From assembly GCA_964016885.1 (NCBI GenBank), contig OZ024757.1, positions 25,606,001 to 25,670,000 of the forward strand: 64,000 nt of DNA. Reading direction: 5' to 3'. The translations under genes and the position numbers were made by a program. Numbering within the stretch: the first letter of the stretch is position 1; each line of letters opens with the position of its first letter. Below are positions 14,892-28,552 of this stretch, piece after piece. Below the pieces are notes generated by a model that had not been told where the DNA came from, searched no databases, and saw nothing but the letters and a program-made list of their open reading frames with translations. The DNA is from Eledone cirrhosa (lineage: Eukaryota).

Positions 14892-15442
14892 GTGCATGTG
14901 TATATGTATGTAAGTATGAGCATGTAAATATGTGTATGTGAGTATATGTATTTTGTAGAGGTGTGCATATATGTTTGTGTGTGAATGCGTGGGCGAAAGG
15001 ATACGTACACTTGAAAGAAAAATTTAAGTCTGAATGTTAATTAAGTGCAAACACAAAACCAACCATGCATATCTATACTATCTCTAATCCTTCTATAGAT
15101 TTAGAAAAATAACCAATAATATATTCTATAAAAATGTCAAAACAACAGATGGGAATCTAATTACTCACTGCCACCAAAAATTCTTACTGCTATCAAAAAA
15201 CCACTCCCTCAACTATTCTTCTAACAACTTCACCCCTCCCTCCTAATATTCTCTATAAAAACCAAACAGGTCCTCAATAAAATTATTCTGATGAAACGAC
15301 AGTTGATAATAACATTGAAATATTGAATGTCTGCATAACTAATACTTTGTAGATAGCAGCTGTTTTCAGGTAATGTAACTGTTATTGAAACACGTGTCAA
15401 TAAATTCCTTTTAACTAAACTGTATCCATTTAAATCCTTCTA
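14304..15442. repeat. Long inverted repeat (arms about 435 bp, spacer about 265 bp) with an HHR-like core in each arm
   Basis: 14304-14740 is the reverse complement of 15006-15442 with a few mismatches. Core: CTGATGA-aatg...catt-GAAA-tattgaat-GTC, but stem I is poor. Confidence 0.9.
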
Positions 15443-15662
15443 TATATATATATATATATTTCTGTATGTATATATGTATGTATATATATATATATGAATA
15501 TATGTGTATATGTATATATATATATATATATGAATATATGTATGTATGTATATATGTATATATATATATATATATATGAATATATGTATGTATATATATA
15601 TATATATATATATATTTATGTATATATATTTATGTATATATATTTATGTATATATATATATG

Positions 15663-15712
<50 letters not shown>

Positions 15713-15754
15713 TATTTAAAAGAATAGAGGTGTAACACACGAGTTATGATATAT

Positions 15755-16132
15755 TGGTAAAAGGAAAAGAAAATGCTGACAAATTGTTCCCAGTGAAAAA
15801 TAGTTTAATTAGGAATAAGTAAAAATTAGTAATAGTATTGGTTAGTATTCAGTTTTGGTTTTAAGTTTCACCAGTTGCGCATTTCTAATGCTTTTCAAAA
15901 ATAATTTTGAGATAGAGCGCCCGTGATGTTTGCTCTAATCTGATTAGTTTTGGAAATTCTACCTGTTTTATGTAAAAAAAAGTGGCTCCAGATGTATGAA
16001 AAAATTCTTGCGGTCAAAACAATTTTGATTGGTCGGTAGAGGTCATGTGAATGTTAAAAATTGATTTTGCGCCAAATGTAGGTTTGTCTCGGCTGATTGA
16101 GAAGTCACTGAAAAATAAGTCTTTCAAGACAA

Positions 16133-16168
<36 letters not shown>

Positions 16169-16276
16169 TAGTAGTAAAGAGGTTCGTTGTTGTGACAATG
16201 GTCAGCAGGGATGTGTGTGCGGACCGCAGCCTGTTGACAGTTCAAATGCCTATTAAGACAAGTGTGTGTGTATGTG

Positions 16277-16311
<35 letters not shown>

Positions 16312-19300
16312 ATGTGTGTGTGTGTAGTAGAGTAATTCGTGGTAGAGGGATGGTCAGTAGGAATGTGTCTGTACGTGTGTGGGGGATATTTTAACATGTT
16401 AAAATATATTTTTCAGCTCTTGTCTTATACGGAGAAGTGTATGTGTGTGTGTGTATGTCTCTTTGTATGTTAATGTACGCGTGTGTATGTGTGTGTGTAT
16501 ATATGTGTGTGTGTGTGTATATGTGTGTGTGTGGGGGGGGGACCAGTATTTTTGTGATACTGTTAAAAATGGTGTACATTATTCGATATTTTCAGTAAAA
16601 ACGATTCTCTCAATAGAACATCAAAAACTTTAATAATAAAAGGTGTGAAATGATATATAGTATTGGCATAATACCAAGGTGTGTGTGAGTGTCCAGATTG
16701 TACGTACTGCAAGGGGAATCCATTAGGCCTTGCCGTATTGGAATACTTGTGTACAAATATGTATGTGCCCATCAGTGTGCAATGCATATGTGCGTATATG
16801 TATGTGTGTGTGTCGGCACGTTTATATCTATAGACATCAAAAGGTATGCAAATTTGTGTATATTTGTGTTACACCATAGGACATGTGGGTTTACGTATGT
16901 CATTGTGTTTATATGTGGATAGAGATGTATGCTGATGTAGGTATGTATGTTGACGTGTGTATGATGTGGGTTCGTCTTAGGGAGAAGTGTTTAGACGGGG
17001 TCCGTATTTGTTAATAAAGTGAGATTCCTTGCTGATGCGCTGGGTGTGGGTGGCATTATCTTTAAATTTGTAGAGGGGAAAGATTCTGAAGTTGGGATGA
17101 TTTTGGGCGGCACAGGTATCAATGTGTTCACTCAATGGTATTTTCCTGTATTCCCGTATTTTAATTTGGGATCTATGGACAGTCATGCGTTGGCGGAGGC
17201 TGTTTTTGGTCTGGCCTATATATTGTTCTCGACAACCTGAGCAAGTTAATACATATATTAGATTTTCTGATGCGCATGTGAAATTGTGTTTTACTATAAA
17301 AGTTTGTCCTTCTTTGAAATAGAATTCCGAACCCTCTATTAGGTTGATGCATATGACACAGTTGGGTCTATCGCACTTTTTTTACTGTGGGTTTCGTTGT
17401 TGTGGTTGGCAGTACTTTGGCATGTGTTAGGATGTTTTTCATTGACTTAGATTGTCTTTTGCTCTTTATGATATCGTGTGTTCGTAGGATTTGGTTCATT
17501 CTATGGTCCTTTTTCAACACAGGGATGTTCTGGAGGATGGTGTCAAAGGCCTCATTGTTGAGGGGCTTGTGTGTGGAGATGTATGAAAGAGCTTTTAGTT
17601 TCGGTTGATTTACTTTAGGGTGTCTAAGGTCCTGGGTACTGAGTTTTAGGGCACGTTGGATTCCATTGTCAATTAGTGATGCAGGGTAGTCCCTGCCTAT
17701 GAGTGTGTCCTTTAGTTCTTGTAGCCGTAAGTAGCAGGTGTTTTTATTGGAGACTATAGTACAGATACTCTTGGCTAAGTTGTAGGAATATTAATTTTAA
17801 CGTGTCTAGAGTGGCAAGAGTTGAAAGGAAGATATTGCTTGGTGTCTGTGGGCTTGTAGTATATGTCTGTTTCTATTTTTTTTGTTATGGATCTTAATGA
17901 GGATGTCGAGGAAGGGGAGTTGTTGATGGCTGTATTCCATTGTGAAGTTAATATTCGTGTTGAGCCCATTTATAAGGGTGTGAAATTCTTTAAGTTTCTC
18001 GATGTTTTCGTGCCAAAGGATGAAGCAGTCATCTAGATATCGCTTCCAGTTCCTTTCTATGTGTAAGTGGAAAGTGTTTCCAAATTTGTTTAGTACTTTA
18101 GTGTAGAGGGTGATTTCCAGGTATCCCATGACTAGGTTGGCATAAGTGGGAACTGTTTTCGTTCCCATAGCGGTCCCAGAATTCTGCCTGTAGAGTTTGT
18201 TATTGAAAACGAAGTAATTGTTCTCCAAGATAAATTTGAGTCCCTCTATCACGAATTCTTTTTTGATGCGTTGTGGGAGTTCATTGTGGTAATTATTCAG
18301 CCAGAATTGGATAGCTTCTATTCCTAGGTTGTGGGGGATGTTGGAGTATAGGTTGACTACATCGAACGTCACTAGTAAGGTTTGTTCAGAAAGAGGCATA
18401 TTAGGGAGGTGATTGAGCATATCTAGGTCGTCCCTTATATAGCTTTTGATGTGTTTGAGAAAAGGCTTGAGAAGGGTATCAATGAAGTTGCTAAGGCGGT
18501 GGGTTTCGCAAGCGGGGCCTGCTATTATAGGTCTTAATTTGAGATCATTGGGTGAGGGGACATTGATGACTATGTCTGTGGCTTCCTTGCATGCCTTACT
18601 TATTAATTCGCTTTTATGTACTTTAAGGATACCGTAGAAAAGGCTGGATTTACTTGTGAAGTCTGTGATGAAGCTGAATTCCTTGTTAGTGAGTCCTTCT
18701 TTGTATTGGTTGATCAGAGTTTTTAGGTTTCTTATAATTTTCTGTTGATTGTAGTGTTCAGCCTTTTCGTAGTATGTTTCGTTTTCCAAAGTGGAGAGCG
18801 CTAAGTTGATATAGAATTCTGTCTCCATTAGGACTACTGTACTCCCTTTATCAGCCTCTTTAATTGTAATGGTTCTGTCGGTTTTTAAATTATTTAATTC
18901 TTCCCATTCTTTTTTGTTGAGGTTTGGCTTGTGTTTTTGTCTGTGCAAGTATTGGTAAGGGAAGTTTGGGATGTGTTCACAGAATTCGTCCAGGATTTTA
19001 TTTCTACCTTTTGATGGGGTGTAATTGCTTCTATTTCTGGCTAATGATTCATCCTCATTGTACTGGTCGAATAGTTCTTCACTGAGTCGTAACTTTCTAC
19101 AGAAGTCTGTGATGTCTTCCTTCATTTCATAGTAGTTAGGACGTAGTGGAGTCGGTGTGAATTTAAGACCTTTGGAGAGTAAGTTGATAAGGTTGGGTGT
19201 TGGTTCTGGACTAGTAAGATTGATAATTTTTATTACTCTCGGTTTCTCCTCCCTGTCTTGTGTTATTTTGTTTGCCTGTATCTGTGTGCTGTATCTAAAA

Positions 19301-19835
19301 AATGGTTGGGGTAGAGGGGTTGTCTGCTGATGTTAAGTGGTCTCCTGTGTTTGTTATATTCCTTGTTGTTGTAAAATGTGGTTCGGGTTCGTGGTTGTAG
19401 ATTGAATGGGGTGTTCCTATATTGCGAGTATGGATGTGTGTTTCTATGTGCCATGTTGGATTGTGGTATTATAGGTGGCCTACGTTGTTGGTTGTATCGT
19501 GTGGTGTGGCTTTGTTGTGTATTGTGGAAGCGAGAGTTGAGAAAATGGAAATTACCTTGCTGTCTCCTTGAAGCGAGGAAGTTGTTACATCTATCATGGT
19601 GGTGGTATCTTTTCCCTATGTTTGACGATGAGGCATCCGCGTAGTAGTTGAGTGATTTGGTATGGTGTCTCCTTGAAGGGGGAAAGTTGTAATTATTTTT
19701 GAAAAGCATAAGAAATGCGCAACCGGTAAAACTTAAAACCAAAACTGAATACTAACCAATACTATTTTTACTTATTCCTAATTAAACTATTTTTCACTGG
19801 GAACAATTTGTCAGCATTTTCTTTTCCTTTTACCA
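15755..19835 (-). mobile_element. Penelope-like retroelement (Neptune-like) with inverted terminal repeat
   Basis: RT and GIY-YIG coding region on the minus strand. 15755-15906 is inverted relative to 19690-19835. Both outer ends lie at or near TA-rich tracts. Confidence 0.92.
16977..19260 (-). pseudogene. PLE reverse transcriptase + GIY-YIG endonuclease ORF (frameshifted)
   Basis: Motifs in order: LSKGLKFTPTP, KEADKGSTVVL, LRPII, TFDVVNLYSNIP, QNSGTAMG, RYLDDCF, LPFLDI. After a frameshift at the A-run near 17880: TDIYYKPTD...SCH, then CDRPNCVIC...C...LIYVLTCSGC...YIGQT...RQRM..H. Confidence 0.93.
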
Positions 19836-19862
19836 ATATATATATATATATACATATATATG

Positions 19863-19955
<93 letters not shown>

Positions 19956-19957
<2 letters not shown>

Positions 19958-20140
19958 CGAAGGAAATGTGGTAAGGAACCAGGTGGACCATAACGCACCA
20001 AAGTACTCAATACTTGAGGTAGTAGAGTGGATAATAGGAACGAGTAAGACCCCGACAGCTGAGCTCAAGCCGTTTCGACGGCTAATTCTAGAATTAGCCG
20101 TCGAAACGGCTTGAGCTCAGCTGTCGGGGTCTTACTGGTT

Positions 20141-20145
<5 letters not shown>
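19956..20145. mobile_element. Family B foldback (tail + palindrome centred on TCTAGA at 20087-20092)
   Basis: Arms span 20034-20145 and contain GAAAC-ggcttgagctcagct-GTC. The tail matches 48030-48100 and the reverse complement of 62150-62232. Confidence 0.85.
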
Positions 20146-20212
<67 letters not shown>

Positions 20213-20221
20213 TATATGTAC

Positions 20222-20272
<51 letters not shown>

Positions 20273-20279
<7 letters not shown>

Positions 20280-20931
20280 GACGTAAAATAAGAAAATTTA
20301 AAAAAAATTTTTTTTTTAAATTAACTTACTTAATTTTTCACTCCAACTAATTAGTTTCTGCAATGGGATAAAGACAGTTACGTAATGAACTGTTGAGAAT
20401 TTCATTGCGTCATCAGGGAGATCATTCTCAGCCAAGTCTCCAGGCAATGCGCGGACACTGGGGACTCATATAAAAATAATAATAATTCGGTAAATGGAAC
20501 AGCTATCGAGGACTGGATTCCAGGTATTGAAAATTCTCACTGCTACTGGTCATATGGCCGATTCTAAAGAATCAATCACGTGACACAGAGGCTAGTCAGT
20601 AGGAATGGGATGGTAAGATGACAGACGCCTACTAACACCCCCCAAAAATTTAGAAGTGGTTTTGGCAGGTTTGCTCGACAAATCAGTGATTTGGAGATAA
20701 ATATAGATAATTTAATATATCTGCTAACATAAGCGCACAGATGTACGCCAATGCCAGCAAATACACAGGTTATGTCATAGTACCTAGGTGGTTCAATGCA
20801 GGAGGATGCAGAACAATAATATAAAAGACGTAAAATAAGAAAATTACCTAGGTACTATGACATAACCTGTGTATTTGCTGGCATTGGCGTACATCTGTGC
20901 ACTTATGTTAGTAGATATATAAAATTATCTA

Positions 20932-20932
<1 letters not shown>
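20273..20932 (-). mobile_element. HHR element (HHR at 20341-20420) with 547-nt terminal redundancy and an inverted arm
   Basis: Minus strand reads ctcc-CTGATGA-cgcaatg...cattgca-GAAAC-taatta-GTT-ggag. gacgtaaaataagaaaatt occurs at 20280 and 20827. Inverted arms are 20703-20789 and 20846-20932. Confidence 0.8.
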
Positions 20933-21018
<86 letters not shown>

Positions 21019-21352
21019 ACAGGGTCATCAGACAAGAACTAACATTCAATAGCAGACATGTTAGTTCTATGATAAACATGCCAAACTCCGGACTAACAAG
21101 ACACACTATTTAACCTTAATGAAATAAATATTGAAACTCTTCTTTCAGTATTGAAACTATGTTTTGTGCTTCGCCACAGGACAGAACTGATCATTCCGTT
21201 TAGTTAACCATGATGTATTAGTAGGAAAAGCACTCTACCTTATGCAACTCATCCATCGTTAATTTTGAATCCCGTGGTGTTAAATATTAATTTGATTAAA
21301 ATAACAGGAGGCTGGACTTGTAATGTTGCTTTAAAGTTTTATTGTTGCAAAA

Positions 21353-21410
21353 ACACTATATATATTTCAATGTCCTTGTTACGTAAGATCTTGGCGACAT
21401 CATCAGGCGC
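21353..21410 (-). ncRNA. Type I hammerhead motif
   Basis: Minus strand reads gcgc-CTGATGA-tgtc...gacatt-GAAA-tatat-ATA-gtgt; stem I uses G-U pairs. A truncated CTGATGA half also lies at 21016-21035. Confidence 0.65.
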
Positions 21411-21859
21411 GGATTGCGTAATTCGTTAATCGATAAAAGAATTACAGCAAACACAAAAGGTGTTATTGTTGCTGCAGATCATCCTCGAACAGAAACCAGG
21501 AACAAAATATCTAAATCTCTGTCGACATTACCAAATCAATCACCTGCGTTTCTTCACACAACCAGTGTAAAAAGAGTGTTAAAGAAATATGGCTGTGGCC
21601 CCTTTTAATGGAGATAGAAAGGGTTATGTGATCGAATCTATATCTCTTCAAGGTTAGCTTGGATGTGGAGGAGGGATGGGGGGGTGGGGGAGTCTTGAGT
21701 TTGCTAGGTGAGGGTGGCGGCGGTGGAAGGTGGGTAGAGTGATGTATCAGCACAGCAGGGGTGAAAAGGTGTCGCCTACCGTAGCAATATTGTCGTTAGC
21801 AACTACAACATATATGGCAACATCAACATCATCAGCAGTAGAAGCAGCAGCAGCAGCAG

Positions 21860-22560
21860 TCAATAAAAACAACAACAACAACAACAACATCCACAGTATC
21901 AATAACAACAACAACATATAGAACATCAACAACAACAACAGTAGCAACAACAGTGACAACAACAACAACAACAGTGACAACAATAACAACAACAGTGGCA
22001 ACAACAACTACAACAGTGACAACAACAACAACAACAACTACAACAAGAGTGACAACGACAACAACAACAACTACAACAGTGACAACAACAACAACAACAG
22101 TGGCAACAACAACAACAATAACAACAACAGTGACAACAACAACAATAACAACAACAGTGGCAACAACAACAACAACAACAACAGTGACAACAACAACAAC
22201 AACTACAACAGTGACAACAACAACAACAACTACAACAACAGTGACAACAACAACAACAACAACTACAACAGTGACAACAACAACAATAACAACAACAGTG
22301 GCAACAACAACAACAATAACAACAACAGTGGCAACAACAACAGTGGCAACAACAACAACAACAACAACAACAGTGGCAACAACAACAACAACAACAACAA
22401 CAGTGGCAACAACAATAACAACAACAGTGGCAACAACAACTACAACAGTGACAACAACAACAACAACAGTGACAACAACAACAATAACAGCAGTGACAAC
22501 AATAATAACAACAACAGTGACAACAACAACAGTAGCAACAACGACAACAACAGCAGTAAG
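21860..22560. repeat. (AAC)n-based compound microsatellite
   Basis: aca/aac runs punctuated by gtg. Confidence 0.9.
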
Positions 22561-22699
22561 ATGAACATCGACGTTAAAGGCTGCACAATTTGCATCTGAA
22601 ATGTGCATCAGATGTCATTAACACGGAATGGCATGTTGTGGTGGATGTTAAGAAAATGTCAACATAACACTGCACACACACTCACCGATTGATGCACAT

Positions 22700-23650
22700 A
22701 CGTGCACATGTATTGCTGCACACATACACACAAGTGCTTACTGTACATATACACAAGCAGACTTGCTGCACATATCAACATACATACTTTGCTGCACATA
22801 TGCACACACAGACCTTGCTGCACATATACACACATACTTTACTGCACATATACACACAAGTGCTTACTGTACATATACACACGCAGACTTTGCTGCACAT
22901 ATATACATACAGACTTTGCTGCACATATACATATACAGACCTTGCTGTACATTATACACACACACATTGATGCACATACACGCACAAGTGATTACTGCAC
23001 ATATACACGCGCAGACCTTGCTGCACACATACACATACAGATCTTGCTGCACATTTTCACTCACAGACATTGCTGTACATATACATACACATATCTTGCT
23101 GCACATATACATACAAGTCTTACTGCACACATACATATACAGACCTTACAACACACATACACATACAGATGTGGCTGCACATATACACAGACATATTGGT
23201 GCACACAAACACATATACATTGTTGTACACACATACTTCTGCATACACACGCACACACATTGCTGCATATATGCACACAAGTCCTTACACAGATATCATG
23301 CTGCATATATACACAAAAACCTTGCTGCACATTTACACACAAAGACCTTGATGCACATATACACGCAGATCTTGCTGCATATATACAGATACCGACCTTA
23401 CTGCACATATACACAGACAAAGACCTTCTTGCACATATACATGCAGATCTTGATGCATATATACAGATACAGACCTTACTGCACATATACACACACAAAG
23501 ACCTTGTTGCACATATACACGTAGATCTTGCTGCACACATACACACAGACCATAATGCACATATACACACATATCTTGCTGCACATGCAGATACACACAT
23601 TTTTCTGCACACCTATATGCATAAAGCTGCACATATACACATACATACTG
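22700..23650. repeat. Degenerate minisatellite (cttgctgcacatatacac...), period about 25 bp
   Basis: The core gctgcacatatac recurs throughout. Confidence 0.75.
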
Positions 23651-23673
23651 CACTCACATGCATGCAATGCTAA

Positions 23674-23716
<43 letters not shown>

Positions 23717-23837
23717 TACACACACGGCTGCTCATACTCGCATATTGCTGCACATGTATGCTGCATGTGTACTGCGCTAGTTCAAAATGCAGATTTATAT
23801 GCATTGTTTTGGTGGCGGCGCTCGTGGTATATATAAG

Positions 23838-24770
23838 ATGGTGTTGGTATTGGTATTGTCTGTGGTGGTGGTGGTGGTGGTGGTGGTGTTGTCAGTGGTG
23901 GTGGTGGTGGTGTTGTCAGTGGTGGTGTTGGTGTTGTCAGTGGTGATGATGATGGTGTTGATGTTAGTGTTGTCTCTGGTGGTGGTGGTGGTGGTGGTGG
24001 TGGTGGTGGTGGTGGTGGTGTTGTCTTTGGTGGTGGTGGTGTTGTCAGTGGTGATGATGTTAGTGTTGTCTCTGGTGGTGGTGGTGGTGGTGGTGGTGGT
24101 GGTGGTGGTGGTGTTCGTGTTGTCTATGGTGGTGGTGATGGTGTTGGTGTATGTGGTGGTGGTGGTGGTGGTGTTGTCAGTGGTGATGGTGATGGTGTTG
24201 ATGTTGTCTCTGGTGGTGGTGGTGGTGGTGGTGGTGGTGATGGTGTTAGTGGTGTATGTGGTGGTGGTGGCGGTGTTGGTGTATGTGGTGTTGGTGGTGG
24301 TGGTGTTGTCAGTATTGGTGGTGTTGGTGTTAGTGGTGTCTGTGGTGGTGGTGGTGGTGTTGTCTGTGGTGGTGGTGGTGTTGTCTGTGGTGGTGTTGGT
24401 GTTAGTGGTGTCTGTGGTGGTGTTAGTGGTGTCTGTGGTGGTGGTGGTGGTGGTGGTGTTGGTGTTAGTGGTGTCTGTGGTGGTGGTGGTGTTGGTGTTA
24501 GTGGTGTCTGTGGTGGTGGTGGTGGTGTTGGTGTTAGTGGTGTCTGTGGTGGTGGTGGTGGTGGTGGTGGTGGTGTTGGTGTTGTCTGTGGTGGTGGTGT
24601 GATGTTGGAGGTGTATGTGGTGTTGGTGTTGGAGGTGTATGTGGTGGTGGTGTTGGTGGTGTATGTGGTGGTGGTGTGGTGTTGGAGGTGTATGTGGTGT
24701 TGGTGTTGGTGGTGTATGTGGTGGTGGTGGTGTATGTGGTGGTTGTGGTGTATGTGGTGGTTGTGGTGGT
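23838..24770. repeat. (GGT)n compound microsatellite
   Basis: gtg/ggt runs. A similar tract is at 38485-39060. Confidence 0.9.
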
Positions 24771-24898
24771 TTTGGCGTTTGTGCAGTCCAATCTATTTTT
24801 GTATAGTATGTAGTGTGGCAGTCGGCACATGACACTTTCTGGACTGTCCAGCATATTTCGCATAATAAACAGCAAAAGCGAAAAAATATTATATATAT

Positions 24899-25177
24899 AT
24901 GCAGAGGTTATATTTAATTTGTTGGGATTCAACAAGCTTAAACATTTTTATAACTGATATAAAGCACTCAACAGCTAGTGGAGTAAATATACAATATATT
25001 AATAAATGGAAACTATATTTATAAAACCATAATTATTTTATTATATATATTTCAAGGGCGACCAAGGTAAATGATGGTGCGCTTTCATCAGATAAAATAC
25101 AGATTTGTTTTATAAATAAATATTGACACACCCGGAAAAAATACAACCTCAGCGATTGAAATTCGCTGGATAGTGAT
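24899..25177 (-). mobile_element. Family A' element copy 2; HHR at 25034-25099
   Basis: Near-identical to 5877-6155 with the same boundaries. Confidence 0.85.
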
Positions 25178-25204
25178 ATATATATGTATATATATATATA
25201 TATA

Positions 25205-25282
<78 letters not shown>

Positions 25283-25310
25283 GCTTTGGAATGTCCGAGA
25301 CCCCCAACAG

Positions 25311-25340
25311 ACAACTGAAGAGGGAACCTGTCCCTATTGT
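25311..25340 (+). other. Internally deleted HHR remnant
   Basis: acaa-CTGAAGA-gggaacctgtccc-ta-ttgt: stems I and II are present, GAAA and stem III are missing. Confidence 0.45.
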
Positions 25341-25391
25341 TTCCTTTTATTTCTAAATACACTTTATCAAATAACCACACAGCCCCTTGTT

Positions 25392-25538
<147 letters not shown>

Positions 25539-25696
25539 GGGGAAGGGTGAGGAGCAGACACTAAACCTTTGAAAGGGGGGGGGGGTGTATCTCAGATGCA
25601 TCCTACAGGCAAGATAGTGAAAGTATTACCACGGCAAACAGCCAGCCACACACGCTACACCAGTCACTCCACCTCACTTCAACCCGATTTTGATGT

Positions 25697-28552
25697 GTCA
25701 TGTGACACTGGACATAGTCTCCTCTCTACTGACCAGTCTATTACTGTGTGGTGTGACACAGGACATAGTCTCCTCTCTACTGACCAGTCTATTACTGTAT
25801 GGTGTGACACTGGACATAGTCTCCTCTCTACTGACCAGTCTATTACTGTGTGGTGTGACACAGGACATAGTCTCCTCTCTACTGACCAGTCTATTACTGT
25901 ATGGTGTGACACTGGACATAGTCTCCTCTCTACTGACCAGTCTATTACTGTGTGGTGTGACACAGGACATAGTCTCCTCTCTACTGACCAGTCTATTACT
26001 GTATGGTGTGACACTGGACATAGTCTCCTCTCTACTGACCAGTCTATTACTGTGTGGTGTGACACAGGACATAGTCTCCTCTCTACTGACCAGTCTATTA
26101 CTGTGTGGTGTGACACAGGACATAGTCTCCTCTCTACTGACCAGTCTATTACTGTGTGGTGTGACACAGGACACAGTCTCCTCTCTACTGACCAGTCTAT
26201 TACTGTATGGTGTGACACTGGACATAGTCTCCTCTCTACTGACCAGTCTATTACTGTGTGGTGTGACACAGGACATAGTCTCCTCTCTACTGACCAGTCT
26301 ATTACTGTGTGGTGTGACACTGGACATAGTCTCCCCTCTACTGACCAGTCTATTACTGTATGATGTGACACTGGACATAGTCTACCCTCTACTGACCAGT
26401 ATATTACTGTGTGGTGTGACACTGGACATAGTCTCCCCTCTACTGACCAGTCTATTACTGTATGATGTGACACTGGACATAGTCTACCCTCTACTGACCA
26501 GTCTATTACTAAGTGGTGTGACACTGGACATAGTCCCCCCTATACTGACCAGTCTATTACTGTGTGATGTGACACTGGACATAGTCTCCCCTCTACTGAC
26601 CAGTCTATTACTGTGTGGTGTGACACTGGACATACTCTCCCCTCTACTGACCAGTCTATTACTGTGTGGTGTGACACTGGACATAGTCTCCTCTCTACTG
26701 ACCAGTCTATTACTGTGTGGTGTGACACTGGACATACTCTCCCCTCTACTGACCAGTCTATTACTGTGTGGTGTGACACTGGACATAGTCTCCCCTCTAC
26801 TGACCAGTCTATTACTGTATGGTGTGACACTGGACATAGTCTCCTCTCTACTGACCAGTCTATTACTGTGTGGTGTGACACTGGACATAGTCTCCTCTCT
26901 ACTGACCAGTCTATTACTGTGTGGTGTGACACAGGACATAGTCTCCTCTCTACTGACCAGTCTATTACTGTGTGGTGTGACACTGGACATAGTCTCCCCT
27001 CTACTGACCAGTCTATTACTGTGTGGTGTGACACTGGACATAGTCTCCCCTCTACTGACCAGTCTATTACTGTGTGGTGTGACACTGGACATAGTCTCCC
27101 CTCTACTGACCAGTCTATTACTGTATGGTGTGACACTGGACATAGTCTCCTCTCTACTGACCAGTCTATTACTGTGTGGTGTGACACTGGACATAGTCTC
27201 CCCTCTACTGACCAGTCTATTACTGTGTGGTGTGACACTGGACATAGTCTCCCCTCTACTGACCAGTCTATTACTGTGTGGTGTGACACTGGACATAGTC
27301 TCCCCTCTACTGACCAGTCTATTACTGTATGATGTGACACTGGACATAGTCTCCCCTCTACTGACCAGTATATTACTGTGTGGTGTGACACAGGACATAG
27401 TCTCCTCTCTACTGACCAGTTTATTACTGTGTGGTGTGACACTGGACATAGTCTCCCCTCTACTGACCAGTCTATTACTGTGTGGTGTGACACTGGACAT
27501 AGTCTCCTCTCTACTGACCAGTCTATTACTGTGTGGTGTGACACAGGACATAGTCTCCCCTCTACTGACCAGTCTATTACTGTGTGGTGTGACACTGGAC
27601 ATAGTCTCCTCTCTACTGACCAGTCTATTACTGTGTGATGTGACACAGGACATAGTCTCCCCTCTACTGACCAGTCTATTACTGTATGGTGTGACACTGG
27701 ACATAGTCTCCTCTCTACTGACCAGTCTATTACTGTATGGTGTGACACTGGACATAGTCTCCTCTCTACTGACCAGTCTATTACTGTGTGGTGTGACACT
27801 GGACATAGTCTCCCCTCTACTGACCAGTATATTACTGTGTGGTGTGACACTGGACATAGTCTCCCCTCTACTGACCAGTATATTACTGTGTGGTGTGACA
27901 CAGGACATAGTCTCCTCTCTACTGACCAGTCTATTACTGTGTGGTGTGACACAGGACATAGTCTCCCCTCTACTGACCAGTCTATTACTGTGTTGTGTGA
28001 CACTGGACATAGTCTCCCCTCTACTGACCAGTGTATTACTGTGTGGTGTGACACTGGACATAGTCCCCCCTCTACTGACCAGTATATTACTGTGTGGTGT
28101 GACACAGGACATAGTCTCCTCTCTACTGACCAGTCTATTACTGTGTGGTGTGAAACAGGACTTAGTCTCCCCTCTACTGACCAGTCTATTACTGTGTGGT
28201 GTGTCACAGGACATAGTCTCCCCTCTACTGACCAGTATATTACTGTGTGGTGTGACACTGGACATAGTCTCCTCTCTACTGACCATTATATTACTGTGTG
28301 ATGTGACACTGGACATAGTCTCCCCTCTACTGACCAGTCTATTACTGTGTGATGTGACACTGGACATAGTCTCCCCTCTACTGACCAGTCTATTACTGTG
28401 TGGTGTGACACTGGACATAGTCTCCCCTCTACTGACCAGTATATTACTGTATGGTGTGACACTGGACATAGTCTCCCCTCTACTGACCAGTATATTACTG
28501 TATAGTATATAGTGTGACAGTGGACATTGTCTCCCCTCTACTGACCAGTCTA
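25697..28552. repeat. 51-bp satellite array 2, about 56 copies
   Basis: Same unit and orientation as 6345-8870. Confidence 0.97.

Noticed and set aside
21832-24835. Poly-Thr/Val mucin-like ORFs
   Set aside because: Trinucleotide microsatellites. The same applies at 28840-29871, 38396-39234 and 59793-60406.
25690-28512. 940/661/572 aa ORFs over array 2
   Set aside because: Same artefact as array 1.
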